Positions 22,753 to 37,700 of a stretch of 64,000 nt of DNA are shown here, one piece after another. How positions within the stretch are numbered: the stretch's first letter is position 1; each line of letters begins with the position of its first letter. Below the pieces are notes generated by a model that had not been told where the DNA came from, made no database searches, and saw only the letters and a program-made list of their open reading frames with translations. The stretch comes from Squalus acanthias (Eukaryota), in assembly GCA_030390025.1 (NCBI GenBank), contig CM059432.1, positions 112,036,001 through 112,100,000 of the forward strand, read 5' to 3'. A program made the position numbers and the translations under genes.

Positions 22753-25700
22753 AAGAGTGGTAACCAGGCCAAATATCTCCTCTCTAACCCAGGAGTGAAT
22801 TCCTGGCCAATTATCATCTCTCTAACCCAGGAGTCGAGTCCTGGCCAATTATCTGCTCTATAACCCAGGAGTGCTGTCTTTGCCAAATATCATCACTCTA
22901 ACCCAGGAGTGGAGACCTGGCCAATTATCATCTCTAACCCAGGAGTGAAGTCCTGGCCAATTATCATCTCTCTAACACAGGAGTGGAGTCCTGGTGAATT
23001 ATCTCCTCTCTAACCCGGGAGTGGAGTCCTGGTGAATTATCTCCTCTCTAAACCAGGAGTGGAGACCTCGCCAATTATCATCTCTCTAACCCAGGTGTGG
23101 AGTCCTGGCCAATTATCATCTCTCTAACACAGGAGTGGAGTCCTGGCCAATTAATTCCTCTCGAACCCAGGAGTGCTGTCTTTGCCAAATATCATCACTG
23201 TCACCCAGGAGTGGAGACCTGGCCAATTATCATCTCTAACCCAGGAGTGGAGTCGTGCCCAATTATCATCTCTCTAACCAAAGAGTGGTAACCTGGCCAA
23301 ATATCTCCTCTCTAACCCAGGAGTGAATTCCTGGCCAATTATCATCTCTCTAACCCAGGAGTCGAGTCCTGGCCAATTATCTGCTCTATAACCCAGGAGT
23401 GCTGTCTTTGCCAAATATCATCACTCTAACCCAGGAGTGGAGACGTGGCCAATTATCTCCTCTCTAACCCGGGAGTGGAGTCCTGGTGAATTATCTCCTC
23501 TCTAACCCGGGAGTGGAGTCCTGGTGAATTATCTCCTCTCTAAACCAGGAGTGGAGACCTCGCCAATTATCATCTCTCTAACCCAGGTGGGGAGTCCTGA
23601 GCAATTATCATCTCTCTAACCCAGGAGTGGAGTCCTGGCCAATTAACTCCTCTCTAACCCAGGAGTGCTGTCTTTGCCAAATATCATCACTGTCACCCAG
23701 GAGTGGAGACCTAGCCAATTATCATCTCTAACCCAGGAGTGGAGTCCTGGCCAATTATCATCTCTCTAACCCAGGAGTGAATTCCTGGCCAATTATCATC
23801 TCTCTAACCCAGGAGTCGAGTCCTGGCCAATTATCATCTCTCTAACACAGGAGTAGAGTCTGGGTGAATTATAATCTCTCTAAACCAGGAGTCGAGTCCT
23901 GGCCAAATATTATCTCTCTAACCCAGGTGTGGAGTCCTGGCCAATTATCATCTCTCTCACACAGGAGTGGAGACCTGGCCAATTATTATCTCTCTAACCC
24001 TGGAGTGGATTCCTGGCCAATTATTATCTCTCTAACCCTGGAGTGGAGATCTGGCCAATTATCAAATCTCTAATCCAGGAGAGGAGACATGGCCAATTAT
24101 CTCCTCTCTTATCCAGGAGTAGAGTCCTGGCCAATTATCATCTCTCTAAGCCAGGAGTGGAGACGTAGCCAATTATCTCCTCTCTAACCCAGGAGTGGCG
24201 TCCTGGCCAAATATCATCACTCTCACGCAGGAGTGGAGACCTGGCCAATTATCATCTCTAACCCAGGAGTGGAGTTGTACCCAATTATCATCTCTCTATC
24301 CAAAGATCGGAGACCTGGCCAAATATCTCCTCTCTAACCCAGGAGTCGAGTCCTGGCCAATTATCGGCTCTTTAACCCAGGAGTGCTGTCTTTGCCAAAT
24401 ATCATCACTCTAACCCAGGAGTGGAGACCTGCCAATTATTTCCTCTCCAACCCAGGCGTGGACTCCTGGCTAATTCTCACCTCTCAAACCCAGGAGTGGA
24501 GTCCTGGCCAATTATCATCTCTCTTACCCAGGAGTGGAGTCCTGGCCAATTATCTCCCCTCAAACCCAGGAGTTGTGTCCTGGCCAATTATCATCTCTCA
24601 AACCCAGGAGTGGAGTCCTGGCCAATTATCATCTCTCTAACCCAGGAGTGGAGACCTGGCCAATTATCATCTCTCTTACCCAGGAGTGGAGTCCTGGCCA
24701 ATTATCTCCTCTCGAACCCAGGAGTTGTGTCCTGGCCAATTATCATCTCTCAAACCCAGGAGTGGAGTCCTGGCCAATTATCTGCTCTCTAAACCAGGAG
24801 TGGATTCCTGGCCAATTATCAACTCTCTAAGCCAGGAGTGGAGTCCTGGCCAATTATCTCCACTCCAACCCAGGAATGGAGTCCTGGTGAATTATCTCCT
24901 CTCTAACTCAATAGTGGAGACGTGGCCAATTATCTCCTCTCTAACCCAGGAGTGGAGACGTGGCCAATTATCTCCTCTCTAAGCCAGGAGTCGAGTCCGT
25001 GCGAATTATCTCCTCGCTAACCCAGGAGTGGAGTCCTGCCAAATTACCATCTCTCTAACCCGGGAGTGGAGAACTGGGCAATGATCTCCTCTCTAATCCA
25101 GGAGTGGAGTTCTGGCCCATTATCATCTCTCAAACCCAGCAGTGGAGTCCTGGCCAATTATCTCCTCTCTAACCCAGGAATGGAGTCCTGGCCAATTATC
25201 ATCTCTCTAACCCAGGAGTGGATTCCTGGCCAATTATTATCTCTCTAACCCAGGAGTGGAGTCCTGGTGAATTATCTCCTCTCTATCCCAGGAGTGGAGT
25301 CCTGGCCAATTATCATCTCTCTAATCCAGGAGTGGAGACCTGGCCCATTATCATCTCTCAAACCCAGCAGTGGAGTCCTGGCCAATTATCTCCTCTCTAA
25401 CCCAGGAATGGAGTCCTGGCCAATTATCATCTCTCTAACCCAGGAGTGGATTCCTGGCCAATTATTATCTCTCTAACCCAGGAGTGGAGTCCTGGTGAAT
25501 TATCTCCTCTCTATCCCAGGAGTGGAGTCCTGGCCAATTATCTCCTCTCTATCCCAGGAGTGGAGTCCTGGCTAATTATCATCTCTCCAACCCAGTAGTG
25601 GATTCCTGGCCAATTATAATCTCTCTAACCCAGGAGTGGAGACCTGGTGAATTATCTCCTCTCTATCCCAGGAGTGGTGTCCTGGCCAATTATCTCCTCT

Positions 25701-28700
25701 CTATCCCAGGAGTGGAGTCCTGGCCAAATATCATCACTCTAACCCAGGAGTGGAGACCTGCCCAATTATCATTTCTAACCCAGGCATGGAGTCCTGGGCA
25801 ATTATCATCTCTCTAACCCAGGAGTGGAGTCCTGGCCAATTAACTCCTCTCTAACCCAGGAGTGGAGTCCTGGTGAATTATCTCCTCTCTAACCCAGAAG
25901 TGGAGTCCTGGTGAATTATATCCTCTCTAAACCAGGAGTGGAGTCCTGGTGAATTATCTCCTCTCTAACCCAGAAGTGGAGTCCTGGTGAATTATCTTCT
26001 CTCGAACCCAGGAGTGGAGTCCTGGCCAATTATCATTTCTCTAACCCAGGAGTGGAGTCCTGGTGAATTATCTCCTCTCTAACCCAGAAGTGGAGTCCTG
26101 GTGAATTATCTCCTCTCTAAATCAGGAGTGGAGTCCTGGTGAATTATCTCCTCTCTAACCCAGAAGTGGAGTCCTGGTGAATTATCTCCTCTCGAACCCA
26201 GGAGTGGAGTCCTGGCCAATTATTATTACTCTAACCCAGGAGTGGAGTCCTGGCCAATTATCATCTCTCTAACCCAGGAGTGGAGTCCTGGCCATTTATC
26301 TCCTCTCTAACCCAGGTGTGGAGTCCTGGCCAATTATTATCTCTCTAACACAGGAGTGGAGAACTGGCCTATTATCACCTCTCTAACCTAGGCATGGAGT
26401 CCTGGCCAATTATCTCCTCTCTATTGCAGGAGTGGAGACCTGGACAATTATCATCTCTCGAACCCAGGAGTGGAGTCCTGGCCAATTATCATCTCTCTAA
26501 CCCAGGAGTGGAGACCTGGCCAATTATCATCTCTCTTACCCAGGAGTGGAGTCCTGGCCAATTATCTCCTCTCGAACCCAGGAGTTGTGTCCTGGCCAAT
26601 TATCATCTCTCAAACCCAGGAGTGGAGTCCTGGCCAATTATCTGCTCTCTAAACCAGGAGTGGAGTCCTGGCCAATTATCAACTCTCTAAGCCAGGAGTG
26701 GAGTCCTGGCCAATTATCTCCACTCCAACCCAGGAATGGAGTCCTGGTGAATTATCTCCTCTCTAACTCAATAGTGGAGACGTGGCCAATTATCTCCTCT
26801 CTAACCCAGGAGTGGAGACGTGGCCAATTATCTCCTCTCTAAGCCAGGAGTCGAGTCCGTGCGAATTATCTCCTCGCTAACCCAGGAGTGGAGTCCTGCC
26901 AAATTACCATCTCTCTAACCCGGGAGTGGAGAACTGGGCAATGATCTCCTCTCTAATCCAGGAGTGGAGTTCTGGCCCATTATCATCTCTCAAACCCAGC
27001 AGTGGAGTCCTGGCCAATTATCTCCTCTCTAACCCAGGAATGGAGTCCTGGCCAATTATCATCTCTCTAACCCAGGAGTGGATTCCTGGCCAATTATTAT
27101 CTCTCTAACCCAGGAGTGGAGTCCTGGTGAATTATCTCCTCTCTATCCCAGGAGTGGAGTCCTGGCCAATTATCATCTCTCTAATCCAGGAGTGGAGACC
27201 TGGCCCATTATCATCTCTCAAACCCAGCAGTGGAGTCCTGGCCAATTATCTCCTCTCTAACCCAGGAATGGAGTCCTGGCCAATTATCATCTCTCTAACC
27301 CAGGAGTGGATTCCTGGCCAATTATTATCTCTCTAACCCAGGAGTGGAGTCCTGGTGAATTATCTCCTCTCTATCCCAGGAGTGGAGTCCTGGCCAATTA
27401 TCTCCTCTCTATCCCAGGAGTGGAGTCCTGGCTAATTATCATCTCTCTAACCCAGGAGTGGATTCCTGGCCAATTATAATCTCTCTAACCCAGGAGTGGA
27501 GACCTGGTGAATTATCTCCTCTCTATCCCAGGAGTGGTGTCCTGGCCAATTATCTCCTCTCTATCCCAGGAGTGGAGTCCTGGCCAAATATCATCACTCT
27601 AACCCAGGAGTGGAGACCTGCCCAATTATCATTTCTAACCCAGGCATGGAGTCCTGGGCAATTATCATCTCTCTAACCCAGGAGTGGAGTCCTGGCCAAT
27701 TAACTCCTCTCTAACCCAGGAGTGGAGTCCTGGTGAATTATCTCCTCTCTAACCCAGAAGTGGAGTCCTGGTGAATTATATCCTCTCTAAACCAGGAGTG
27801 GAGTCCTGGTGAATTATCTCCTCTCTAACCCAGAAGTGGAGTCCTGGTGAATTATCTTCTCTCGAACCCAGGAGTGGAGTCCTGGCCAATTATCATTTCT
27901 CTAACCCAGGAGTGGAGTCCTGGCCAATTATCATCTCTCTAACCCAGGAGTAGAGTCCTGGCCAATTATTATTACTCTAACCGAGGAGTGGAGTCTTGGC
28001 CAATTATCATCTCTCAAACCCAGGAGTTGAGTCCTGGCTAATTATCTCCTCTCTAGCCAAAGAGTGGTAACCTGCCCAAATATCTCCTCTCTAACCCAGG
28101 AGTGAATTCCTGGCCAATTATCTCCTCTCCAACCCAGGAGTGGAGTCCTGGTGAATTATCTCCTCTCTAACTCAATAGTGGAGACGTGGCCAATTATCTC
28201 CTCTCTAACCCAGGAGTGGAGACGTGGCCAATTATCTCCTCTCTAAGCCAGGAGTGGAGTCCTGGCCAATTATCTCCTCTCTAACCCAGGAGTGGAGTCC
28301 TGGCCAATTATCAGCTCTTGAACCCAGGAGTGGAGACCTGGCCAATTATCTCCTCTCTAAGCCAGGAGTCGAGTCCGTGCGAATTATCTCCTCGCTAACC
28401 CAGGAGTGGAGTCCTGCCAAATTACCATCTCTCTAACCCGGGAGTGGAGAACTGGGCAATGATCTCTTCTCTAATCCAGGAGTGGAGTTCTGGCCCATTA
28501 TCATCTCTCAAACCCAGCAGTGGAGGTCTGGCCAATTATCTCCTCTCTAACCCAGGAATGGAGTCCTGGCCAATTATCATCTCTCTAACCCAGGAGTGGA
28601 TTCCTGGCCAATTATTATCTCTCTAACCCAGCAGTGGAGTCCTGGCCAATTATCTCCTCTCTATCCCAGGAGTGGAGTCCTGGCCAAATATCATCACTCT

Positions 28701-31700
28701 AACCCAGGAGTGGAGACCTGCCCAATTATCATTTCTAACCCAGGCATGGAGTCCTGGGCAATTATCATCTCTCTAACCCAGGAGTGGAGTCCTGGCCAAT
28801 TAACTCCTCTCTAACCCAGGAGTGAAGTCCTGGTGAATTATCTCCTCTCTAACCCAGAAGTGGAGTCCTGGTGAATTATATCCTCTCTAACCCAGAAGTG
28901 GAGTCCTGGTGAATTATCTCCTCTCTAAACCAGGGGTGGAGTCCTGGTGAATGATCTCCTCTCTAACCCAGAAGTGGAGTCCTGGTGAATTATCTCCTCT
29001 CGAACCCAGGAGTGGAGTCCTGGCCAATTATTATTACTCTAACCCAGGAGTGGAGTCCTGGCCAATTATCATCTCTCTAACCCAGGAGTGGAGTCCTGGC
29101 CATTTATCTCCTCTCTAACCCAGGTGTGGAGTCCTGGCCAATTATTATCTCTCTAACACAGGAGTGGAGAACTGGCCTATTATCACCTCTCTAACCTAGG
29201 CATGGAGTCCTGGCCAATTATCTCCTCTCTATTGCAGGAGTGGAGACCTGGACAATTATCATCTCTCGAACCCAGGATTGGAGACCTGGCCAATTATTTC
29301 CTCTCTAACATAGGCGTGGAGTCCTGGCCAATTCTCATCTCTCTAACACAAGAGTGGACTCCTGGCCAATTATCATCTCTTGAACCCAGGAGAGGAGTCC
29401 TGGTCAATTATCTCCTCTCTAACCCAGGAATGGAGTCCTGGCCAATTATCATCTCTCTAACCCAGGAGTGGATTCCTGGCCAATTATTATCTCTCTAACC
29501 CAGGAGTGGAGTCCTGGTGAATTATCTCCTCTCTATCCCAGGAGTGGAGTCCTGGCCAATTATCTCCTCTCTAACACAGGAATGGAGACCTGGCCAATTA
29601 TTATCTCTCTAACACTGGAGTGGAGACCTGGCCAATTATCATCTCTCTAACCCAGGAGAGGAGACAATACCAATTATCATCTCTCTAACCCAGGTGTGGA
29701 GTCCTGGCCAATTATCATCTCTCGAACCCAGGAGTGATGTCCTGGCCAATTATCATCTCTCTAACCCAGCAGTGGAGACCTCGCCAATTATCTCCTCTCT
29801 AACCCAGGAGTAGAGTCCGGGTGAATAATAATCTCTCTAAACCAGCAGTCGAGTCCTGGCCAAATACTATCTCTCTAACCCATGAGTGGATTCCAGGCCA
29901 ATTATTCCCTCTCTAACACAGGAGTGGAGACCTGGCCAATTATCATCTCTCTAACCCAGGAGTGGAGAACTGGGCAATTATATCCTCTCTAATCCAGGAG
30001 TGGAGTCCTGGTCCATTATCATCTCTCTAACCCAGGAGTGGAGTCCTGGCCAATTATCTCCGCTCTATCGCAGGAGTGGAGACCTGGCCAATTATCATCT
30101 CTCTAACACAGGAGTGGAGTCCTGGCCAATTATCATTTCTCTTACCCAGGAGTGGAGTCCTGGCCAATTATCTCCTCTCTAATGCAGCAGTGGAGTCCTG
30201 GCAAAGTATCACCACTCTAACCCAGGAGTGGAGTCCTGATCAATTAGCTCCTCTCTAACCCGGGAGTGGAGACCAGGCCAAATATCATCTCTCTAACCCA
30301 GGAGTGGAGACCTGGCCAATTATCATTTCTCTAACCCAGCAGTGGAGTCCTGGCCAATTATCATCTCGCTAACCCAAGAGTGAAGACCTGGACAATTATC
30401 TCCTCTCAAACTCAGGAGTGGAGTCCTGGCCAATTATCTCCCCTCTAACCAAGGACTAGAGTCCGGGCGAATTATCTCCTCGCTAACCCAGGAGTGGAGT
30501 CCTGCAAATTACCATCTCTCTAACCCAGGAGTGGAGAATTAGGCAATTTTATCCTCTCTAATCCAGGAGTGGAGTCCTGGCCAATTAACTCCTCTCTAAC
30601 CCAGGAGTGCTGTCTTTGCCAAATATCATCACTGTCACCCAGGAGTGGAGACCTAGCCAATTATCATCTCTAACCCAGGAGTGGAGTCCTGGCCAATTAT
30701 CATCTCTCTAACCCAGGTGTGAATTCCTGGCCAATTATCATCTCTCTAACCCAGGAGTCGAGTCCTGGCCAATTATCATCTCTCTAACACAGGAGTAGAG
30801 TCCAGGTGAATTATAATCTCTCTAAACCAGGAGTCGAGTCCTGGCCAAATATTATCTCTCTAACCTAGGTGTGGAGTCCTGGCCAATTATTATCTCTCTA
30901 ACCCAGGAGTGGATTCCTGGTCAATTATTATCTCTCTAACCTAGGAGTGGATTCCTGGCCAATTATTATCTCTCTAATTCAGGAGAGGAGACATGGTCAA
31001 TTATCTCCTCTCTTATCCAGGAGTAGAGTCCTGGCCAATTATCATCTCTCTAAGCCAGGAGTGGAGACGTAGCAAATTATCTCCTCTCTAACCCAGGAGT
31101 GGCGTCCTGGCCAAATATCATCACTCTCACCCAGGAGTGGAGACCTGGCCAATTATCATCTCTAACCCAGGAGTGGAGTTGTACCCAATTATCATCTCTC
31201 TATCCAAAGATCGGAGACCTGGCCAAATATCTCCTCTCTAACCCAGGAGTCGAGTCCTGGCCAATTATCGGCTCTTTAACCCAGGAGTGCTGTCTTTGCC
31301 AAATATCATCACTCTAACCCAGGAGTGGAGACCTGCCAATTATTTCCTCTCTAACCCAGGCGTGGAGTCCTGGCCAATTCTCACCTCTCAAACCCAGGAG
31401 TGGAGACCTGCCAATTATTTCCTCTCTAACCCAGGCGTGGAGTCCTGGCCAATTCTCACCTCTCAAACCCAGGAGTGGAGTCCTGGCCAATTATTATCTC
31501 TCTAACTCAGGAGTGGAGACCTGGCCAATTATCATCTCTCTTACCCAGGAGAGGAGTCCTGGCCAATTATCTCCTCTCGAACCCAGGAGTTGTGTCCTGG
31601 CCAATTATCATCTCTCAAACCCAGGAGTGGAGTCCTGGCCAATTATCTCCTCTCTAAACCAGGAGTGGAGTCCTGGCCAATTATCAACTCTCTAAGCCAG

Positions 31701-34700
31701 GAGTGGAGTCCTGGCCAATTCTCACCTCTCAAACCCAGGAGTGGAGTCCTGGCCAATTATCAACTCTCTAAGCCAGGAGTGGAGTCCTGGCCAATTCTCA
31801 CCTCTCAAACCCAGGAGTGGAGTCCTGGCCAATTATCATCTCTCTAACCCAGGAGTGGCGACCTGGCCAATTATCATCTCTCTTACCCAGGAGTGGAGTC
31901 CTGGCCAATTATCTCCTCTCTAAACCAGAAGTGGAGTCCTGGCCAATTATCAACTCTCTAAGCCAGGAGTGGAGTCCTGGCCAATTATCTCCTCTCCAAC
32001 CCAGGAGTGGAGTCCTGGTGAATTATCTCCTCTCTAACTCAATAGTGGAGACGTGGCCAATTATCTCCTCTCTAACCCAGGAGTGGAGACGTGGCCAATT
32101 ATCTCCTCTCTAAGCCAGGAGTGGAGTCCTGGCCAATTATCTCCTCTCTAAGCCAGGAGTCGAGACCGTGCGAATTATCTCCTCGCTAACCCAGGAGTGG
32201 AGTCCTGCCATATTACCATCTCTCTAACCCGGGAGTGGAGAACTGGGCAATGATCTCCTCTCTAATCCAGGAGTGGAGTTCTGGCCCATTATCATCTCTC
32301 AAACCCAGCAGTGGAGTCCTGGCCAATTATCTCCTCTCTAACCCAGGAATGGAGTCCTGGCCAATTATCATCTCTCTAACCCAGGAGTGGATTCCTGGCC
32401 AATTATAATCTCTCTAACCCAGGAGTGGAGTCCTGGTGAATTATCTCCTCTCTATCCCAGGAGTGGTGTCCTGGCCAATTATCTCCTCTCTATCCCAGGA
32501 GTGGAGTCATGGCCAAATATCATCACTCTAACCCAGGAGTGGAGACCTGCCCAATTATCATCTCTAACCCAGGCATGGAGTCCTGGGCAATTATCATCTC
32601 TCTAACCCAGGAGTGGAGTCCTGGCCAATTAACTCCTCTCTAACCCAGGAGTGGAGTCCTGGTGAATTATATCCTCTCTAACCCAGATGTGGAGTCCTGG
32701 TGAATTATCTCCTCTCTAAACCAGGAGTGGAGTCCTGGTGAATTATCTCCTCTCTAACCCAGGAGTGGAGTCCTGTTGAATTATCTCCTCTCGAACCCAG
32801 GAGTGGAGTCCTGGCCAATTATCATCTCTCTAACCCAGGAGTGGAGTCCTGGCCAATTATCATCTCTAACCCAGGAGTAGAGTCCTGGCCAATTATTATT
32901 ACTCTAACCCAGGAGTGGAGTCCTGGCCAATTATCATCTCTCAAACCCAGGAGTTGAGTCCTGGCTAATTATCTCCTCTCTAGCCCAGGAGTGTAGTCCT
33001 GGTGAATTATCTCCTCTCTAACCCAGGAGTGGAGTCCTGGCAAAGTATCACCACTCTAACCCAGGAGTGGAGTCCTGGTCAATTATCACCTCTGTAACCC
33101 AGGATTGCAGACCTGGCCAATTATCTCTCTAACCCGGGAGTGAAGACCTAGCCAATTATCATCTCTCTAACCCAGCAGTGGAGTCCTGGCTAATTATCAT
33201 CTCTCTAACCCAGGAGTGGAGTCCTGGCCAATTATCATCTCTCTAACCGAAGAGTGGAGACCTGGACAATAATCTCCACTCGAACCCAGGAGTGGACTCC
33301 TGGCCAATTATCTCCACTCTAACCAAGAACTAGAGTCCGGGAGAATTATCTCCTCGCTAACGCAGGAGTGGAGTCCTGGCAAATTATTATCTCTCTAACC
33401 CTGGAGTGGAGACCTGGCCAATTATCATCTCTCTAACCCAGGAGTGGAGACATGGCCAGTTATCATCTCTCTAACCCAGGAGTGGAGTCCTGGCCATTTA
33501 TCTCCTCTCTAACCCAGGTGTGGAGTCCTGGCCAATTATTATCTCTCTAACACAGGAGTGGAGAACTGGCCTATTATCACCTCTGTAACCTAGGCATGGA
33601 GTCCTGGCCAATTATCTCCTCTCTATTGCAGGAGTGGAGACCTGGACAATTATAACCTCTCGAACCCAGGATTGGAGACCTGGCCAATTATTTCCTCTCT
33701 AACATAGGCGTGGAGTCCTGGCCAATTCTCATCTCTCTAACACAAGAGTGGACTCCTGGCCAATTATCATCTCTTGAACCCAGGAGTGGAGTGCTGGCCA
33801 ATTATCTCCTCTCTAACCCAGGAGTGGAGTCCTGGTCAATTATCTCCTCTCTAACACAGGAATGGAGACCTGGCCAATTATTATCTCTCTAACACTGGAG
33901 TGGAGACAATACCAATTATCATCTCTCTAACCCAGGTGTGGAGTCCTGGCCAATTATCATCTCTCTGACCCAGGAGGCGAGACATGGCCGATTTTCTCCT
34001 CTCTTATTCTGGAGTGGAGTGCTGGTGAATTATCATCTCTCTAACCCAGGAGTGGAGTCCTGGCCAATTATCTCCTCTCTAACCCAGGAGTGGAGTCCTG
34101 GCCAATTATCATCTCTCGAACCCAGGAATGGAGTGCTGGTGAATTATCATCACTCTAACCCAGGAGTGGAGTCCTGGCCAATTATCACCTCTCTAACCCA
34201 GGAGTGAAGTCCTGGCCAATTATCATCTCTCTAACCGAGCAGTGGAGACCTCGCCAATTATCTCCTCTCTAACCCAGGAGTAGAGTCCGGGTGAATAATA
34301 ATCTCTCTAAACCAGGAGTCGAGTCCTGGCCAAATATTATCTCTCTAACCCATGAGTGGATTCCAGGCCAATTATTTCCTCTCTAACACAGGAGTGGAGA
34401 CCTGGCCAATTATCATCTCTCTAACCCAGGAGTGGAGTCCTGGCCAATTATCATCTCTGTAACCCAAGAGTGGAGACCTGGACAATGATCTCCTCTCGAA
34501 CCCAGGAGTGGAGACCTGGCCAATTATCTCCTCCCTAACCAAGGACTAGAGTCCGGGCGAATTATCTCCTCGCTAACCCAGGAGTGGAGTCCTGGCAAAT
34601 TACCATCTCTCTAACCCAGGAGTGGAGAACTGGGCAATTATATCCTCTCTAAACCAGGAGTGGAGTCCTGGTCCATTATCATCTCTCTAACCCAGGAGTG

Positions 34701-37700
34701 GAGTCCTGGCCAATTATCTCCGCTCTATCGCAGGAGTGGAGACCTGGCCAATTATCATCTCTCTAACACAGGAGTGGAGTCCTGGCCAATTATCATTTCT
34801 GTTACCCAGGAGTGGAGTCCTGGCCAATTATCTCCTCTCTAACGCAGCAGTGGAGTCCTGGCCAATTATCTCCTCTCTAACCCAGGAGTGGAGTCCTGGC
34901 AAAGTATCACCACTCTAACCCAGGAGTGGAGTCCTGATCAATTAGCTCCTCTCTAACCCGGGAGTGGAGACCAGGCCAAATATCATCTCTCTAACCCAGG
35001 AGTGGAGACCTGGCCAATTATCATCACTCTAACCCAGCAGTGGAGTCCTGGCCAATTATCATCTCGCTAACCCAAGAGTGAAGACCTGGACAATTATCTC
35101 CTCTCAAACCCAGGAGTGGAGACCTGGCCAGTTATCTCCTATCTAACCCAGGTGTGGAGTCCTGGCCAATTATTTCCTCTCTAACCCAGGTGTGGAGTCC
35201 TGGCCAATTATTTCCTCTCTAACCCAGGAGTGGAGACCTGGCAAATTATCATCTCTCGAACCCAGGAGTGGAGTCCTGGCCAATTATCTCCTCTCTAACG
35301 CAGCAGTGGAGTCCTGGCAAAGTATCACCACTCTAACCCAGGTGTGGAGTCCTGATCAATTAGCTCCTCTCTAACCCGGGAGTGGAGACCAGGCCAAATA
35401 TCATCTCTCTAACCCAGGAGTGGAGACCTGGCCAATTATCATCTCTCTAACCCAGCAGTGGAGTCCTGGCCAATTATCATCTCGCTAACCCAAGAGTGAA
35501 GACCTGGACAATTATCTCCTCTCAAACTCAGGAGTGGAGTCCTGGCCAATTATCTCCCCTCTAACCAAGGACTAGAGTCCGGGCGAATTATCTCCTCGCT
35601 AACCCAGGAGTGGAGTCCTGGCAAATTACCATCTCTCTAACCCAGGAGTGGAGAATTAGGCAATTTTATCCTCTCTAATCCAGGAGTGGAGTCCTGGCCA
35701 ATTATCTCCTCTCTATCGCAGGAGTGGAGACCTGGCAAATTATCATCTCTCTAACCCAGGAATGGAGTCCAGGCCAATTATCTCCTCTCTAACCCAGGAG
35801 TGGAGTCCTGGCCAATTATCATCTCTCTAACCCAGGAGTGTAGTCCTGGCCAATTATCATCTCTCTAACCCAGGAGTGGAGTCCTGGCCAATTATCATCT
35901 CTCTAACCCAGGAGTGGAGTCCTGGCCAATTATCATCTCTGTAACCCAAGAGTGGAGACCTGGACAATGATCTCCTCTCGAACCCAGGAGTGGAGACCTG
36001 GCCAATTATCTCCTCCCTAACCAAGGACTAGAGTCCGGGCGAATTATCTCCTCGCTAACCCAGGAGTGGAGTCCTGGCAAATTACCATCTCTCTAACCCA
36101 GGAGTGGAGAACTGGGCAATTATATCCTCTCTAAACCAGGAGTGGAGTCCTGGTCCATTATCATCTCTCTAACCCAGGAGTGGAGTCCTGGCCAATTATC
36201 TCCGCTCTATCGCAGGAGTGGAGACCTGGCCAATTATCATCTCTCTAACCCAGGAGTGGAGTCCTGGCCAATTATCATTTCTGTTACCCAGGAGTGGAGT
36301 CCTGGCCAATTATCTCCTCTCTAACGCAGCAGTGGAGTCCTGGCCAATTATCTCCTCTCTAACCCAGGAGTGGAGTCCTGGCAAAGTATCACCACTCTAA
36401 CCCAGGAGTGGAGTCCTGATCAATTAGCTCCTCTCTAACCCGGGAGTGGAGACCAGGCCAAATATCATCTCTCTAACCCAGGAGTGGAGACCTGGCCAAT
36501 TATCATCACTCTAACCCAGCAGTGGAGTCCTGGCCAATTATCATCTCGCTAACCCAAGAGTGAAGACCTGGACAATTATCTCCTCTCAAACCCAGGAGTG
36601 GAGACCTGGCCAGTTATCTCCTATCTAACCCAGGTGTGGAGTCCTGGCCAATTATTTCCTCTCTAACCCAGGTGTGGAGTCCTGGCCAATTATTTCCTCT
36701 CTAACCCAGGAGTGGAGACCTGGCAAATTATCATCTCTCGAACCCAGGAGTGGAGTCCTGGCCAATTATCTCCTCTCTAACGCAGCAGTGGAGTCCTGGC
36801 AAAGTATCACCACTCTAACCCAGGTGTGGAGTCCTGATCAATTAGCTCCTCTCTAACCCGGGAGTGGAGACCAGGCCAAATATCATCTCTCTAACCCAGG
36901 AGTGGAGACCTGGACAATTATCTCCTCTCAAACTCAGGAGTGGAGTCCTGGCCAATTATCTCCCCTCTAACCAAGGACTAGAGTACGGGCGAATTATCTC
37001 CTCGCTAACCCAGGAGTGGAGTCCTGGCAAATTACCATCTCTCTAACCCAGGAGTGGAGAATTAGGCAATTTTATCCTCTCTAATCCAGGAGTGGAGTCC
37101 TGGCCAATTATCTCCTCTCTATCGCAGGAGGGGAGACCTGGCAAATTATCATCTCTCTAACCCAGGAGTGGAGTCCAGGCCAATTATCTCCTCTCTAACC
37201 CAGGAGTGGAGTCCTGGCCAATTATCTCCTCTCTAACCCAGGAGTGGAGTCCTGGCCAATTATCATCTCTCTAACCCAGGAGTGTAGTCCTGGCCAATTA
37301 TCATCTCTCTAACCCAGGAGTGGAGTCCTGGCCAATTATCTCCTCTCGAACCCAGGAGTGGAGTACTGGCCAATTATCTCCTCTCTAACCCAGGAGTGGA
37401 GACCTGGCCAATTATCATCTCGCTAACCCAGGAGTAGAGACCTGGCCAGTTATTTCCTCTCTAACCCAGGTGTGGAGTCCTGGCCAATTATTTCCTCTCT
37501 AACCCAGGTGTGGAGACCTGGCAAATTATCATCTCTCGAACCCAGGAGTGGAGACCTGGCAAATTAACATCTCTCTAACCCAGGAGTGGAGTCCTGGCCA
37601 ATTATTATTGCTCTAACCCAGGAGTGGAGACCTGGCAAATTATCATCTCTCTAACCCAGGAGTGGTGACCTGGCCAATTATTATTGCTCTAACCCAGGAG

